NCBI GenBank assembly: GCA_965649765.1
Contig: OZ287757.1
Coordinates: 12,214,001-12,278,000, forward strand
Direction: 5' to 3'
From: Bispira polyomma
Taxonomy: Eukaryota
Length of the DNA: 64,000 nt
The position numbers and the translations under genes were made by a program. Positions 61,621-64,000 of this stretch are shown one piece after another. The notes below the pieces were generated by a model that saw only the letters and a list, made by a program, of their open reading frames with translations, made no database searches and was not told the origin of the DNA. Position 1 is the stretch's first letter; the number at the start of each line of letters is the position of its first letter.

Positions 61621-64000
61621 CTGTAAATAAATAAATGTTTATATTTTATACCAAGAGACACACTGGTGTTTGTTTGTGTGACTATTAAACAGATCATTTC
61701 AACTATTAGTGTTACAAAAATCACAAAATAATAATAATCGTATATATAAGTTAATAACTAATAGCTTTGGAATGCATTGGTGTTGTTCCTACTAGTTAAC
61801 TTAAATTGTTGCATTTATCAGTGATATAAAGATTAATTGTCTTTATAATTTTAGACCATTTTCGTTTTTGGTAAATTTATGAACAAACGATTGAATGAAA
61901 AATCAATTGAAGGTGTTTGTGTTCATTAAATGAGATGGCTTAAGAAGTAGGGAATACTTTATCAAATATACAGTTTTTTTTGCAAACTACCAGTATAAAC
62001 CTTTTTAACAAAGGTATTTTACCTATAGAATCAATGTACCAAAATATGGTCTATTCAAATTTCCATTCTAAATGTTTTAAACGTCACAATTATAATGCTT
62101 TACACATAAATTATATAAAACCAATACAAACGTTAAATCTTGAAATAGAAAAATGTTAGGTAATATAAAATACACATTCCAGTAAGAGATAAGTGCTGCT
62201 CTCAAATGAGTGACTCTGCTACGATATCTAAAATACTGAACAAAACAACTTTAATAGACTGGAAAGTGGGGGTACCACCATTATATACACGTGACCTGTC
62301 CCTAATTCTCATCTTCTAACCCGTCTCATTCAATGAACGATATTCATAATATTTCGTAAGGTTTAAGTGTGTCAGAAAGCCACAAATTAATTTATACAGC
62401 TTACAGATAACGTTTTTTGATCCAGTCATCTGATGTAAAAAATGGTGGAAATATGTTAATATTTATAAAAATAATATTCACATAATATTATTACTTTATT
62501 TAGCTCTATGTACATATACTAAGTACACTGAATTAAGTTATATGCATATTAATTTTATAAATATTAATTTTTGTCACATTTGTTTTACGTCAGGTGACTG
62601 CATAAAACATCATCTGTTAAAATTCAATGGAAAATATGTATTGGTATAGAAAATTAAAGAGAGAAAAGTATGTAACATATGGAGAGAGAGATCGATTGAT
62701 GCGCTGTTACGGGACAAAAGTGTCATTAAAGGCATACTCAGGGACGTTACTGTGGATCAATAGTTAAGCTTGCAGGTTTAATGTTAATACTTCTTTAGGA
62801 ATTTGATTACCGGTACTAATTTTATAATCACCAAAGGGTTAAATTCGATATTAAAAAGCAAGAATTTAAATATTTTTTTGGGGGGGGAGAATCATCCCTG
62901 AGTACATCTTTAAAGAGAGAACAGTGTTAGATTTATGTAGTAAAAGTTTGGAGAAGTGATAAGACTCAGAAATCAGAGGGGGTGTGTATAATATATATTG
63001 AAAATCTAAAAGGAGAGGATATTCACAATAATATCAAACACTAATGCAATCTCTAACCATGACATACGCCTTGTATAAAAATGTGTACAGAAAACATATC
63101 TAAACATTTACGATTGACACATGGCAGGGCCTTCAATTTAAAAACTTATTTCTTTTTAAGTATTAATTTATGGTACCTAATTGATGTACACATTTATAAT
63201 AATGTCTTCTGATAAAAAGGTAATTTTTTAGGGCAAGAAAAGGGTAAATTTTAAATTGCTTTAACAGTTTATTTGTAGAGAAAGCAGTACAAGGTACTTT
63301 GTAAACCATGCCAGTATTTAGCAAGTCTACTGCCATCATTTACATGCTGGGGCTGGGAATTGAACCCATGACTGCAGACCCAAGAGTGTCAACTCTACAT
63401 CATGGAAACTCTGTGCTTCTACCAACAAAAGACTCAACTTAACAAAGCTCTAGATAAATGGGTCCAGTCAGTTGTCTTTAACTTCCTATTCAGAGGGACA
63501 TTGTATTACTGTATGATTGTAACGTTAACTATTCTGAACAAAGTACTTTGAATACTCACCCTCCAAAGTCTTGGCTGTGTTGAGTGTGTTTTCCAAATAC
63601 AGTAAAAAAGGTTTGAAATCGATGACTCGATAGCAATTAATTTGAGTAGAATTCTTTTTTTGTCGAAGACAAAAATATATTGAAGTAAAATCGATTTTTC
63701 ATGTAGCTATATCAGCGTAAAGCTCTGATATGATAATGAATACCTTGATTTCTAACACGGTTTCTTATTTTTAAGTATGTTTTCCTTGAATCTTGATATA
63801 CTGACAATGATACGATTACATATATCTTTTAAGTGAAACAAGAGCTTGATTTCATAGTTGATGGTAGATCTATCCCTGAAACAGCCATGTTTTACCAATA
63901 CAAGGCTGTTGGCGATGCTTACCATCAGTAAAATTAACGCATCACATGATGGGACAGAAACATTGTCTAATTTAATGGCAATTATGTATTATACGGACTA

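Noticed and set aside
63560-63574. Possible 15-nt microexon PRLWR with gtgagt donor
   Set aside because: Acceptor lacks a pyrimidine tract and the peptide resembles nothing else in the array

Overview
AT-rich, intron-rich animal (probably marine invertebrate) genomic DNA. The ORF track is mostly noise because the real coding exons are short and lie on the minus strand. I rebuilt them by hand from GT/AG junctions. (1) 5311-36776 (-) holds the 5' part of a type IV collagen gene, alpha2/let-2-like. It has a Cys-rich 7S start ([18 protein letters not shown]), the conserved GCNGT site and an interrupted Gly-X-Y helix, and it continues off the left edge. It contains three homologous phase-0 exons (20537-20725, 16713-16886, 15190-15378) that look mutually exclusive, plus candidate competing RNA-pairing elements that could select among them. 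(2) 42760-61620 (-), directly upstream on the same strand, is an array of 29 phase-0 exons encoding about 680 non-collagenous aa. It has 18 EKG motifs, eight of them EKGPDP, which is identical to the type II collagen C-telopeptide cross-link hexapeptide. An acidic Ser-Gly-rich proteoglycan-like segment follows. The last array exon can either end at a stop plus AATAAA or splice in frame towards the collagen 7S exon. Best candidate for a new system (inference): a modular, still-expanding telopeptide-mimic/proteoglycan head on a collagen IV chain, or a stand-alone secreted product of the same locus. No signal-peptide exon or NC1 domain is visible. Introns carry tRNA-derived SINEs, L2/CR1-type LINE 3' ends, several MITE families and minisatellites. 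Many local duplications sit exactly on splice junctions.
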